Positions 1-9,980 of a DNA stretch of 64,000 nt are shown here, piece after piece. The stretch spans positions 64,001-128,000 of the forward strand of contig CAVSQB010000019.1 in the NCBI GenBank assembly GCA_963729895.1, read 5' to 3'. The stretch's first letter is position 1. Every line of letters begins with the position of its first letter. The position numbers were made by a program, and so were the translations under genes. This DNA comes from an uncultured Fibrobacterota bacterium. GTDB lineage: Bacteria; Fibrobacterota; Chitinivibrionia; Chitinivibrionales; FEN-1185. Under the pieces are notes generated by a model. That model made no database searches, had not been told where the DNA came from, and saw only the letters and a program-made list of their open reading frames with translations.

Positions 1-276
1 ATCGCGCCCGAACCCGTACGCCTCATGCCCGCCGTGCAACTGGCAATGACCGGCAGGGTTCTGAAGTATTATCTGAACACCACCGCGGTGGTAGGCCTCG
101 ACATCATGAACGCAAGCGGCAGGCTGGTGCAGCGGATCGCGGCGACAAAGCAAGCTGCAGGGTGGCACTTGATAAACGCGTCCCTGCAACCGGTACGGGG
201 CAGCGGCGTGCTGCTATTCCGGTTCATGGTTGACGGAAGGGTAATGGACGCGAAACGGTTTGTCGTGATGAGATGA
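1..276 (+). CDS. 3' end of a probable secreted protein with a C-terminal FlgD-Ig/T9SS-sorting-like domain (partial)
   Basis: Frame open from base 1; pattern Y.L.....V.LDIMNASGRLV...G.H...G..L.R..V is typical of such C-terminal domains; followed by a terminator. Confidence 0.5.
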   Translation: MAPEPVRLMPAVQLAMTGRVLKYYLNTTAVVGLDIMNASGRLVQRIAATKQAAGWHLINASLQPVRGSGVLLFRFMVDGRVMDAKRFVVMR

Positions 277-300
277 CGGGCGGATAAGACGGAAGGCATG

Positions 301-337
301 GTGCCGCGGGCGAGGAGTCCGCGGCACTTTTCTTTTA
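301..337 (+). terminator. Intrinsic terminator
   Basis: gtgccgcgg...ccgcggcac stem followed by ttttctttt. Confidence 0.7.
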
Positions 338-478
338 ACCGCCGCACTCAATATGTCGGCCACCATCGCAGATCCTGGCCGCACGGGGAAATCATCTTGT
401 TTTCTTTTAAGGCACACGATAAGGCCGCCCGTCGTGCGAAGCAAGGATAAAGTAAAAAAACAATCAGAAAAGAAATCT

Positions 479-615
479 GGGCGCCCCGCGGCCTTGCCGC
501 GGCGGCCCTCCTTTCGGGCTCGGCCTTCGGCCTCGTTGCCGCCTGTCCCTACCGCCTTCGGCTAAGGATCAGGCGGCAATGCGCTCCAGCGCACCCTCCA
601 GTCCGGCCTGGCGCG
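479..615 (+). repeat. Structured intergenic repeat, copy A
   Basis: GGGCGCC...CCTGGCGCG termini with the same hairpin order as the other copies. Confidence 0.85.
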
Positions 616-677
616 GGAATACAGACCTGTCCCCACTCGACATTTCTCCTGGTGGAAGTAAATTGCGAAATGAATGT

Positions 678-698
678 GATTGCGAGCGCAGCGAAGCA
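678..698. repeat. Short REP-like palindrome (ATTGCGAGCGCAGCRAAGCA type)
   Basis: Near-identical copy at 34022-34048. Confidence 0.5.
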
Positions 699-710
699 CT
701 TTCATGAAAG

Positions 711-821
711 TCAAGGTTGCGTCCATCCATTCCCGTAAGGCGTGGTTTGACAAAAAGATTTACCTGCCAATGCAATGCCTAATGCCATAAGGAGAAAAAC
801 ACGGCTACCTCGTGAATTCAT
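711..821 (-). pseudogene. 36-codon signal-peptide-like remnant (MNSRGSRVFLLMALGIALAGKSFCQTTPYGNGWTQP)
   Basis: Hand translation: basic N-region, hydrophobic core, early stop; adjacent to an IS5 end. Confidence 0.3.
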
Positions 822-847
822 AATTAATTTCCCAGCTCTCTTGATAA

Positions 848-2141
848 GGGGACCTCTAAAAATTCTGTAAAATAGTAGATTCCAAGATCATGTTGACAGA
901 TAGTATTATTTCGCGATGTCAGGGCGTCTATTTGTCTGATAGGTGCCCAAAACTGTTCTTTTTTCGGTCCCTTTGGGGGCCTTGTGCGGTCCTGTCCCGC
1001 TTTTCAGGCGTGGCACTCAAGATATGCAAAGCGTTTTATGTTGTAAACCAGGTTCAGGAGTCCTATCTTCGCCGCGGCCCTCAGCCGCCCGATACACCTG
1101 ATCCTGCCACGAAACATGATTTCTATTTGAGCAAACACATGTTCTATACGCGATCTGACTTTGGATTTCTTCCGGTTCTGTGCCAATTGTGCTTCCGTCA
1201 ATGGTGCGCCACGAGTCCCTTTGACACATATTTTGCTTCTGTACCAGAGATAATCAAGCCTTTGTTCCGCCTTTTCCGAATGATACGCGCTGTCGGCAAA
1301 CACGTCCGCGTTCGTGTTCTCAGGATTAAGGAGAGGTTCAAGCATATTGGAGTCGTGCACTTCTGCGGATGTCGCCGCATAGTCTCGAATGATTTTATGC
1401 TTCGCGTCTACCGACGCATGGTTCTTGTAGCCAAAAAACGTCTGATCGTTCTTCTTCGTCCATCGCGCATCAACATCTTTCTGACGAAGTTTCTCAGGGT
1501 GCTTTTCCCATTCCTGCGGCGTGCCCCCGTTCTTGATTTCTTTATTCTCCTCCCGCGTGTTTCTCTGGCGAGGTACCTCGACAAAACTCGCATCTATTAT
1601 TTGGCCTTTCTGGGCAGTGTAACCCGCTTCGTTCAACTGACGACCGAACAGGTCAAACAGCTTCTTGACAACGCCTGCTTGTGTCAGCGTTTCCCGAAAC
1701 AACCAGACCGTTTTCTCGTCGGGAATGCTATCCTCGGAAGTGAGTTCAAGAAACCGTTTGAACGTCAATCGGTCCAGAATCTGAAACTGGGTTTGCGCAT
1801 CGGAAAGCCCATACATCGTCTGCAACACGAGAATCTTGAACATCAGGATATAATCGTACGGTGGACGACCGGCGTTGCTCTTCCGTTCCTTGCGAAAAGC
1901 CTTGTCAATAACAGGACGAAAACTCTTCCAACGTATGGCCCGATTGATGGTTTCAAGAGGGTCTCCCATTTCGGAAAGCTCGGAAAGGCGATTCTCAAGG
2001 TCAAAAAGGCCTATCTGTCCCATCGCAATATCCTCCAGACGGTAGTGGGTTCGCAGGTTTGTTGTCTGGAATTAAAATAATTGACGAAATAGCCTTTGTC
2101 AAGCATTAATTGGGCAAATTAGGCAATTTTTAGAGGTCCCC
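848..2141 (-). mobile_element. IS5-family insertion sequence, copy 1 (1294 bp)
   Basis: 17-bp TIRs GGGGACCTCTAAAAATT / AATTTTTAGAGGTCCCC; same as 46335-47628; flanks ATAA and TGCA differ (no TSD). Confidence 0.95.
1004..2023 (-). CDS. IS5-family DDE transposase
   Basis: 339 aa; GRPPY, IIDAS, DARWTKK, FGYKNH, ADSAY and RSRIEHVF motifs. Confidence 0.95.
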   Translation of the reverse strand: MGQIGLFDLENRLSELSEMGDPLETINRAIRWKSFRPVIDKAFRKERKSNAGRPPYDYILMFKILVLQTMYGLSDAQTQFQILDRLTFKRFLELTSEDSIPDEKTVWLFRETLTQAGVVKKLFDLFGRQLNEAGYTAQKGQIIDASFVEVPRQRNTREENKEIKNGGTPQEWEKHPEKLRQKDVDARWTKKNDQTFFGYKNHASVDAKHKIIRDYAATSAEVHDSNMLEPLLNPENTNADVFADSAYHSEKAEQRLDYLWYRSKICVKGTRGAPLTEAQLAQNRKKSKVRSRIEHVFAQIEIMFRGRIRCIGRLRAAAKIGLLNLVYNIKRFAYLECHA

Positions 2142-2407
2142 TGCATACATGATGACGGGAACAGAGGCCTTCCCAATTCGTTTGTCGATCTTCACTCGAT
2201 GCTCTTCCTTTGAGGTACCTGCCAAACGGGTATTTCGGCCTCAGTGTAATGGCGGTTCCCGCCCAAGAATGCGTCCTGCATTTGAAAGCAGGAATTATCA
2301 GTTTCAAAAGCCTTGATTTGCGGCATGACGGCCTCTCCGGTCTGGCACGCAGACCCTACGACGAGACACTAATCTCTTGCCCTGCAAAGCGGAATCTGCA
2401 TCAACGT

Positions 2408-3463
2408 TCATCGTTGCATAGTGTCAAACAATTGCTCAAAATACCTTTTTATTCTTCTTCCATATGCCTTACTACCGGCCGTAAACAAGTGTGCTTCCTC
2501 GTCAATCGAAAGAGTCGGTAAGCGCTTGTTTCTTTTGAAGCGCACCGTGATAATTTGGGGCAGCATCCTTACCGTGTCGGCATAAGCCAGGAAAAGACCC
2601 GGCTGCACAAAAGCTTTCAGCAGAAAGAACATTTGCAGAGGCAGCCAGTACAAAACATGACGAAATAGAATTTGGGGCCTTTCATTCAAAATCATGAGCC
2701 AGATCCTGTTGCGGTGATTCCTGTTTCGAGCAATTGCACGGAGCCTCTTATTACTCAGCGATCCCTCCCGCACATGCCATGCGCGCGTTTCGCATGTGCA
2801 GACCGCTTTCCATCCTCGTTTCCGCGCCCGCCAGGCAAGATCGACATCCTCACAGTAGGATTCAAATAATTCCAGGAAGGGGTTTTCGTCTAATGAAACG
2901 TCCAAAATCATTTTCCTCGAATAAACCGGGGCGCAGCCCCCCACGCCGAATGGAGAAGTGGTTTGTTGAATCGGCGTTTCCACTCTTACTCCGGCACCGA
3001 TATCATCATGATAGCGATTTCTGTTCAAGCCCACGCCAAGACTGTCGACAATAAGCGTTTTTTCCCCCTTGACCAACCGATACAAGATGCCGCTTACCAT
3101 TCCAACGTTATCGTTCCGTTCAAGAACTTGAGCGCACCTTTCCAGGTAATTGGTCTCCAGGAGAATGTCGACGTTCAGAAGGCAGATGAGACTTCCGGAG
3201 GAATGCTCGATGCCCCAATTCATTGCGCGTGCATACCCCACATTGCCGGCAAATTGGTGGTAGCGGGCCCTGTCTCTCCCTTGGCACCATTGTTGAGCAA
3301 TGAAGTCCGACCCATCGTTCGAATGGTTATCAAGCAGGATCAATTCCGTTGCCAGAACCGTCTGACTGGCGACAGAGTCGAGGAGCGCGGCAAGGGTATC
3401 CCTGCCGTTGTAGTTGAGAATGATAATCGAACAGTCAATTATCTTCTGATTTATTTCCGGCAT
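2408..3463 (-). CDS. GT2 glycosyltransferase
   Basis: SIIILNYN, DNHSNDGS, LLNVD and YCEDVDLAWR motifs. Confidence 0.9.
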   Translation of the reverse strand: MPEINQKIIDCSIIILNYNGRDTLAALLDSVASQTVLATELILLDNHSNDGSDFIAQQWCQGRDRARYHQFAGNVGYARAMNWGIEHSSGSLICLLNVDILLETNYLERCAQVLERNDNVGMVSGILYRLVKGEKTLIVDSLGVGLNRNRYHDDIGAGVRVETPIQQTTSPFGVGGCAPVYSRKMILDVSLDENPFLELFESYCEDVDLAWRARKRGWKAVCTCETRAWHVREGSLSNKRLRAIARNRNHRNRIWLMILNERPQILFRHVLYWLPLQMFFLLKAFVQPGLFLAYADTVRMLPQIITVRFKRNKRLPTLSIDEEAHLFTAGSKAYGRRIKRYFEQLFDTMQR

Positions 3464-3733
3464 TTCTGCTCTCTCGAATCACTGGTTTTGAATGACCTGC
3501 AAAGTAACGAATGCAAGAATTCCGAACTGCCGCACGAATTTCGACACTATCGCCGAATCCCTTCGTGAAAATACAACGTGTTGATCATCCTTTGCCTGGT
3601 TTTACGGGAAAAGATCATGCCACTGCGGCATGGATTTGAGTTATCTTTCTAATCAACGAGGAGCATTCATGCCGTCAAAGTAATAGACCAGGACGTTACT
3701 CGATTCGAATTCCTGTTTTTGGTTGTTGCTTTC

Positions 3734-4873
3734 ATGGAAATCCGAAGCACTATGCACGTTTTTATTGACGCTCGCGGACTTGAGAACCGGATAGACGGTA
3801 TCGGACAATTTGCTCTCCACATTCTGGCCCGTCTTCCCCTCCACACTCGCGCCCACTTTTCCGTCTTGGTGCGAGACGATCTGCACTACGATTTGCCTTC
3901 CGCCCCGCATGTCGCGTACCTGCCAACGACGATACGCCGGTTCACATTTGGCGAAGCGAAAGGGATAGGGTCGCTGGTGTTCGCGGTTAAGCCTGATCTC
4001 TATTTCAATCTTTCTTCGTACCTCCTCAACGGCATCGGCTGTAAACGCTACATGATGCTCTATGATCTGCTTTCAACGCATTTCAAGGGGCACTTCAGGG
4101 GGATGGGCTTGGTAAAGGGATTCCTTGCAAGGAAATATTTCAGGCACCGGCTGAAGAAATCGGTCGAAAAAGCCGATGGAATATTTACAATATCAAATTA
4201 TTCCCGGGAGAAAATCTGCAGTCAGTACAAAATCGACAAATCCAGGATCGGTGTTGTGTATGGAGGTGTCGACACGCAGTATGATGCCCACAGTGATGAA
4301 AGAAGAAAACAGGATTTCCTGAGCAGGCATTCCCTGCCTAAAAAGTTTTTCCTGCATGTTGGAAATCTGAAACCATATAAAAACGTTGCGGGCATTCTCA
4401 AGGCATACAGCAGCTTTATCAAAAAACACCCTGAATCAGAAATAGATTTCGTATTCACCGGCGGCCCTGGTCGCGGCTACAACGAAACCCTGGACCTAAT
4501 TGCCTCGTTGAATCTGAAGCAATCGGTAAAGATAATGGGTTATTTTAATGGAGAGGAAATGCCGCTTTTGTATAGTGCGTCCCTCGGCCTGTTCTTCCCA
4601 TCGCTGGAAGAAGGATTTGGGTTGCCCGTGCTCGAGGCGATGTGCTGCAAGACACCGGTAGTGACGTCACAAGGGACGGCAACGGAGGAGATCGCCGGCG
4701 GTCACGCGTTTCTGGTCGACCCACGATCGCACAATTCATTGCTGGACGGACTGGAACACCTTGCCTTTTCCGAAAAGAATGCCGACGCAATCGACAAAGC
4801 GTATTCCCATGCAAAGGAATTCTCTTGGGACAAGACAGCGGACACCATCATTTCCGCCCTGTTAGAGAAGTAA
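3734..4873 (+). CDS. GT4 glycosyltransferase (start may be 3752)
   Basis: IDAR...GIGQF, VGNLKPYKN and PSLEEGFGLPVLEAM motifs. Confidence 0.9.
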   Translation: MEIRSTMHVFIDARGLENRIDGIGQFALHILARLPLHTRAHFSVLVRDDLHYDLPSAPHVAYLPTTIRRFTFGEAKGIGSLVFAVKPDLYFNLSSYLLNGIGCKRYMMLYDLLSTHFKGHFRGMGLVKGFLARKYFRHRLKKSVEKADGIFTISNYSREKICSQYKIDKSRIGVVYGGVDTQYDAHSDERRKQDFLSRHSLPKKFFLHVGNLKPYKNVAGILKAYSSFIKKHPESEIDFVFTGGPGRGYNETLDLIASLNLKQSVKIMGYFNGEEMPLLYSASLGLFFPSLEEGFGLPVLEAMCCKTPVVTSQGTATEEIAGGHAFLVDPRSHNSLLDGLEHLAFSEKNADAIDKAYSHAKEFSWDKTADTIISALLEK

Positions 4874-5029
4874 CCGGAGCAAAGGTACGTGAGGTCTGCC
4901 AGGCGATGATACGGGATTCCGGCGGTTTCCCGTATCGGTTTTGCCCGGTTATGATGAGGAGAAGTATTGTTTCAAAGTCTGATGTGGGGTTTCTGCCCGG
5001 CATCTGCTTTCTTCCGGCAGAAAAACACC

Positions 5030-5692
5030 CTAAAACTCCTTCTTCTCCGTAAAGTCCACTATCCACCCGAACCCGGCGGAAATCGAAAACACGCTGTGGT
5101 GCAGTGCGAGGGGATAGTCGGGATTGTTGAGGAAATTTGTGGCTCCCCAGGTATACCGTATGTCAATTGGAATTATCGCGTTTCCGTGTTTTATGTTCAA
5201 CGACAGGCCGGCGCACAACCCCAGGTCGAACGGCTGCGTCTGCGCCAGCATGTCGGACGTATTACCGCCTTTGTAGACGGCTTCGGCGACAAGCGGGAAG
5301 GCAAAATCCGGGCCTCCGTACAGGACGGGGCGAAAGATATCGTGTTTGTAAAACTTCCATTTGGCGAGGATGGGTATTTCGAGATAGGTGAAACTGCTCG
5401 GATACTTGTCGGAAAGTGCGTAGAAGGAGTCGGGGTTCTTCCAGCTTTCCCCCCTAAGCCCGAGGCCGATTTCCTCCTGCAGGCCAAAGTTCTCGGTGAG
5501 CCATTCGCTTGCGAACGCGCACACGTTGATCCCTGCCTTGGGAACAGTGGCGTTTGAGGTGTCACCAATGACTCCCGACACGTTAAGCCCGATCCTGGCG
5601 CCTATCGACAACTCGACGGCCGGCGTGGTCTGCACGAGCAATGCCGCAAACACCGCAGCTGCGCTGATTTTTCCAAGTGAGCTATTGATCAT
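5030..5692 (-). CDS. Outer-membrane beta-barrel (porin/PorT-like) protein
   Basis: Signal peptide; GARIGLNVS, YLEIPILAK and DIRYTWG alternating beta-strand patterns. Confidence 0.7.
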   Translation of the reverse strand: MINSSLGKISAAAVFAALLVQTTPAVELSIGARIGLNVSGVIGDTSNATVPKAGINVCAFASEWLTENFGLQEEIGLGLRGESWKNPDSFYALSDKYPSSFTYLEIPILAKWKFYKHDIFRPVLYGGPDFAFPLVAEAVYKGGNTSDMLAQTQPFDLGLCAGLSLNIKHGNAIIPIDIRYTWGATNFLNNPDYPLALHHSVFSISAGFGWIVDFTEKKEF

Positions 5693-5898
5693 GTCAACCA
5701 CTTCTCCTTACTCAAAATATCCGGCTGATGATGCTAATATACCTTTCTTTCCCGGCCCTGGGCAACATGATGAAAAGGTTGCAGGCAAACAAACAAGACT
5801 CGAGCGCGCTTTGCGCCTCCCGCACACGGGAAAAGGCGTGTTCCAGGCTGGTCGCACTGTCGGGTGCCGCGCGACACAAGGTTTGGCCTTTTTTGGGG

Positions 5899-5926
5899 TT
5901 GAATTCCGTTGACTTCATGGTACAAT
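5899..5926 (+). promoter_or_regulatory. Putative sigma70 promoter
   Basis: TTGAAT-16 nt-TACAAT with an extended -10 TG. Confidence 0.4.
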
Positions 5927-6003
5927 AAAGAATACGGTATCAAGAGAGTCAGGGTCCGGCGAACCGTAACCCTAGGCCCGTGCGGGAGTGTGGCGGACGG
6001 AGC

Positions 6004-6036
6004 GAGCCCGGGTTCGCGAAAGAACCGGGCTCTTTT
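6004..6036 (+). terminator. Terminator-like hairpin in the 5' leader of the MBL RNase gene
   Basis: gagccc(g)ggttc-gcgaaa-gaaccgggctc followed by tttt. Confidence 0.55.
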
Positions 6037-6078
6037 CATAACAACAATGGCGCAGTGATATCCGGAGGGAGCCATCGC

Positions 6079-7476
6079 ATGCAATTGCAATTCTTTGGAG
6101 GAGCGCAAACCGTCACCGGTTCGCAACATGTTCTTTCCGTCAACGGTCATTCCGCGTGCATCGAATGCGGCCTGTTTCAGGGCAGACGGAGCGAGTCATA
6201 TGAAAGGAACCTGAACTTCGCCTTTGACCCCGCAAAACTCGACTGTCTCATATTGTCGCATGCGCACATCGACCACAGCGGCAACATCCCCAACCTTGTC
6301 AAAAGGGGATTTGCCGGGCCCATCTATGCCACGCCGCCCACCGTGGATTTGTGCCGCATCATGCTGCGCGATTCTGCGTACCTCCAGCTGAAAGACCTTG
6401 AATTTGTCAATGCGAAAAAGCGCAAACAGCACGACACGCCGCTTGAGCCCCTGTACACGATCCAGGATGCCGAGGCATGCATGGACAAGTTTATTGCCGT
6501 CCCTTACAACAGGCCTTTCGCGCCACTCCCCGGCGTGTCGGCGACGTTCCGGGACGCCGGCCACATTCTCGGATCGGCAGGCGCGTCATTTGAAATCAAC
6601 GAAAACGGCCGGATGATCCGGTTCGGCTTCACCGGCGATATCGGCAGGCCGAACATGGCGGTGATCCAGGACCCCGACATTTTGCGCGACCTCGATATTC
6701 TCCTGATGGAAAGCACCTACGGCAACCGCACGCACGGCCCGTCGGACCATGTTGAGGAGGACCTGGCCGCAACCATCCGGGAGACTGCGGCGAGCGGCGG
6801 CAAAGTCATCATACCCGCATTTGCGGTCGGACGAACCCAGCAACTGGTTTATCATTTTCATAAACTGTTCAACGAAGACCGCATTCCCGACATGCCGATT
6901 TACGTGGACAGCCCTCTTGCATGCGACGCAACCACCATCTTCCGCAACCATCCGGAATGCATGGATCGTGAAACCAACCGTATTTTCCTGTCGGGCAACG
7001 AGGACCCCTTCGGGTTCTCGCGGCTCAGCTATGTTCGCGACATCAACGAATCCAAGGCGCTCAACGGCCTCACCTATCCGCACATCATCATATCGTCGTC
7101 GGGCATGTGCGAAGGCGGGCGCATTCTGCATCATCTGCGAAACAACATCGAGAACCCCAAGAACCTGGTACTTTTTGTGGGATACGCTGCAAAGGAAACG
7201 CTTGCGCGAAAGTTGATGGACGGCAACCGCGTGGTGCGCATTTTCGGCGTCGAGCACACGGTAAAGTGCAAGATCAGGACGATCGATGCTTTCAGCGCGC
7301 ACGCGGATTCGGGAGAACTGGCCCAGTACGCCTCGCTTACGCCGCCGGACAGACTCCGTCATATCGTCCTCGTGCACGGTGAAGAGGATCAGGCGCTTCC
7401 GCTTCGGGATGCGCTCCTTTCCAAAGGGTACAAAAACGTCTATTATCCCTCGCCCAAGGAAGCGATTTCGTTCTGA
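6079..7476 (+). CDS. MBL-fold metallo-hydrolase with beta-CASP domain (RNase)
   Basis: GGAQTVTGS, SHAHIDHSG, AGHILGS, ESTYG, PAFAVGRTQ, FSAHAD and LVHGE motifs; GGAGG SD. Confidence 0.92.
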   Translation: MQLQFFGGAQTVTGSQHVLSVNGHSACIECGLFQGRRSESYERNLNFAFDPAKLDCLILSHAHIDHSGNIPNLVKRGFAGPIYATPPTVDLCRIMLRDSAYLQLKDLEFVNAKKRKQHDTPLEPLYTIQDAEACMDKFIAVPYNRPFAPLPGVSATFRDAGHILGSAGASFEINENGRMIRFGFTGDIGRPNMAVIQDPDILRDLDILLMESTYGNRTHGPSDHVEEDLAATIRETAASGGKVIIPAFAVGRTQQLVYHFHKLFNEDRIPDMPIYVDSPLACDATTIFRNHPECMDRETNRIFLSGNEDPFGFSRLSYVRDINESKALNGLTYPHIIISSSGMCEGGRILHHLRNNIENPKNLVLFVGYAAKETLARKLMDGNRVVRIFGVEHTVKCKIRTIDAFSAHADSGELAQYASLTPPDRLRHIVLVHGEEDQALPLRDALLSKGYKNVYYPSPKEAISF

Positions 7477-7749
7477 GAGCCGCAGTGCCGGAATCGCAGG
7501 ATGAACAACCGCGCCGCAGCAGGCGGTGAGCAGGAAATGAACTGCCCCGTTTCCCGAAAAAAACCTTGCTCATAGGTATCGGGCGGCCCCAAATATTATT
7601 TTAGGTGACCGGTTTAGGGGTATACCGCGGAGGTCCGTCTCCGCAAGGAAGCCGGCGCCCGCAGAGTGCCGGCAATGCACGCATGCGTCAACAACGCTCG
7701 GGCGCCGATACCACGCGAACAACCCGCTATACCGATAGGATATCGTATC

Positions 7750-8154
7750 GTGGCCAAGCAGAACCCATACCGCATCCTGCTTGTTGATGATGAGCCCGGC
7801 ATCCGGAAGATTTTGAGGCTGTTTCTCGAATTGGAAGGATATTCGGTATTCGAGGCCATTACCGCCAATCAGGCGATGCAGGTGGTCAAGAAGGAACGGC
7901 CGCACCTCATTATTCTCGATGTGATTCTTTTCGGCCAGACGGGTTTTGACGTATGCGAATGGGTGAAGAGCAATCCGGAGACAAAGGACATCATCATTTT
8001 CCTGTTTACCGCTCTCAACCAGGAGCACGATTACCGCGAAGGACAACGCCTGGGCTGCGACTTGTACCTCACGAAGCCGCAGAACCCGAAGGATATTGTG
8101 GAAAAAGTCCGCGAATTCCTTCAGGCCCGGGACACCGCGCCTTCATCGACCTGA
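7750..8154 (+). CDS. Single-domain response regulator
   Basis: ILLVDDE, IILDV, FTA and TKP receiver motifs. Confidence 0.88.
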   Translation: MAKQNPYRILLVDDEPGIRKILRLFLELEGYSVFEAITANQAMQVVKKERPHLIILDVILFGQTGFDVCEWVKSNPETKDIIIFLFTALNQEHDYREGQRLGCDLYLTKPQNPKDIVEKVREFLQARDTAPSST

Positions 8155-8256
8155 CCGGGAATACTTGATAAAAGGTAAATGTTGCCGGGATCCGCTCCGG
8201 CGCAACAGACATCCGATGACCAGTCTTATTCCACCGAAAGGAATCTCCCAAACGCC

Positions 8257-9957
8257 ATGAACAGGAACATCACCATCGGCCTGATCGTCACCGTCGCTCT
8301 TATCGGGATAGCTCTGTACCTGCTGAAGGATTCGATTCTCTTCTATTCGAAAAGCCAGCAGGAACAGGACCTCTATGCGCAGTCGCATCCCACCATTTTC
8401 AAGAAAATCATCAATTTGGGGCTCGACATCCAGGGCGGCATGAGGATCGTGCTTGAAATCGACAAGGCGAATCTGCCGAAAGAAGCCAGCGCCGACGTTC
8501 AAGACCGGGCCTACACTGTCATCGAAAACCGCATCAACGGTCTCGGCGTTGCGGAACCGAGCATCCAGAAACAGGGCAAAGACCGGATCATTGTGGAGCT
8601 TCCCGGCTTCCGTGATGAAGGGGCCGCATCAAAGGTCATCGGCTCAACGGCCCAGCTCGAGTTCAACCTGTTGCGCGACCCGCCGGAACTTGACAAAGCG
8701 ATAAAAGTCGTGGATAATGTCCTCAAAGGCCAGAAGATTACCGACACCTCGGCAGGGGCGGCCGGCACGGACACGAACGTTGCAAAGAACAAAGAGGCGC
8801 AGACCAAGGCGCAGAAACTGTTTGAGGGCAAAGAAACCGGCAGAGACACCTCAACCGCGGCAGCGGAATCGACGGCCGCCGGGATCGAAAAGGAGCCGGC
8901 AGCCTCCTTCTCGGAGCTCCTTACCGGAATCGGCGAGCAGATAGGCGTTTTGGAAAGCAACAAGGCAAAAGTGGACCAGATCCTGGCGCGCAAAGACGTG
9001 CAGGAGGCGCTCGAACGCTCGGGCCTGGGCGGCTCCAACTTCCTGTGGGGCCACGAAACCAAGGTGGCCGGCGGCTCCCTGTACCGGATGATGTACTATG
9101 TCAAGAGTCGCCCCGAAATGCGCGGCGACGCCATCAAGGATGCGCGGGGGTCCATAGACCGCGGGGGCTTTTCCGCAGGCGCGGCCATTGTCGAGCTCGA
9201 GATGAACGGCAAGGGCGCCAAGACCTTTGCCCGCGTCACCGGCGCGAACGTCAACAAATACCTCGCCATCGTGCTCGACAGTACCGTGTATTCCGCGCCG
9301 GTGATCCGCTCGAAAATTCCTTCCGGACGAGCCCAGATCGAGGGCAGCTTCACCATGGACGAAGCCAAGAACCTTGCCATTGTGCTGCGGGCCGGCGCCC
9401 TTCCGGCGCCTGTCAAGATCATGGAACAGCGCACCGTCGGGCCGTCGCTCGGCCAGGACTCGATCCACGACTGCGCGGTTGCGGCCGTCATCGGTTCAAT
9501 TCTGGTGTTCCTGTTTATCATCATCTATTACAAAATGAGCGGCGCCTATGCCGTGTTCGCGCTTGTCTTGAACCTCCTGTTCGTTCTTGCGGCCATGGCG
9601 AGCATCAACGCCACGCTCACGATCCCCGGCATCTGCGGGCTCGTTCTTAATATTGCGGTGGCGGTGGATGCCAACGTGCTCATCTGCGAGCGGATCCGGG
9701 AGGAGTTGCACCTCGGCAAGACGGTCCGAAGCGCCATAGAAATAGGTTACAAACGGGTGTTTGTGGTCATCATGGATTCGAACCTTACCATGTTGCTCAA
9801 GGCCGCCATCCTGTTCTGGATCGGCACCGGCCCCATCAAGGGGTTTGCGGTGACGCTCATGTTCGGCCTTATCATCTCCATGTTTACGTCGCTGTACATT
9901 ACCCACGTCATGTATAACTTCTTCACTCCGAAAACCGGGGAAAAACTCAGTATTTAA
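8257..9957 (+). CDS. secD: Protein translocase subunit SecD
   Basis: LGLDIQGG, RINGLGVAEP, LRAGALPAP, VGPSLG and AVDANVLICERIREE motifs. Confidence 0.97.
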   Translation: MNRNITIGLIVTVALIGIALYLLKDSILFYSKSQQEQDLYAQSHPTIFKKIINLGLDIQGGMRIVLEIDKANLPKEASADVQDRAYTVIENRINGLGVAEPSIQKQGKDRIIVELPGFRDEGAASKVIGSTAQLEFNLLRDPPELDKAIKVVDNVLKGQKITDTSAGAAGTDTNVAKNKEAQTKAQKLFEGKETGRDTSTAAAESTAAGIEKEPAASFSELLTGIGEQIGVLESNKAKVDQILARKDVQEALERSGLGGSNFLWGHETKVAGGSLYRMMYYVKSRPEMRGDAIKDARGSIDRGGFSAGAAIVELEMNGKGAKTFARVTGANVNKYLAIVLDSTVYSAPVIRSKIPSGRAQIEGSFTMDEAKNLAIVLRAGALPAPVKIMEQRTVGPSLGQDSIHDCAVAAVIGSILVFLFIIIYYKMSGAYAVFALVLNLLFVLAAMASINATLTIPGICGLVLNIAVAVDANVLICERIREELHLGKTVRSAIEIGYKRVFVVIMDSNLTMLLKAAILFWIGTGPIKGFAVTLMFGLIISMFTSLYITHVMYNFFTPKTGEKLSI

Positions 9958-9980
9958 CAAGAAGGAAAGACGCTCATCCT

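Noticed and set aside
890..2080. 396-aa antisense ORF in IS5 (also 46377-47567)
   Set aside because: Shadow of the transposase; no recognisable domain.
5938..5975. SAM-I riboswitch (ATCAAGAG..AGGG)
   Set aside because: Lacks the GCAACC, GTGC and AGAT elements, and the downstream gene is not in sulfur metabolism.
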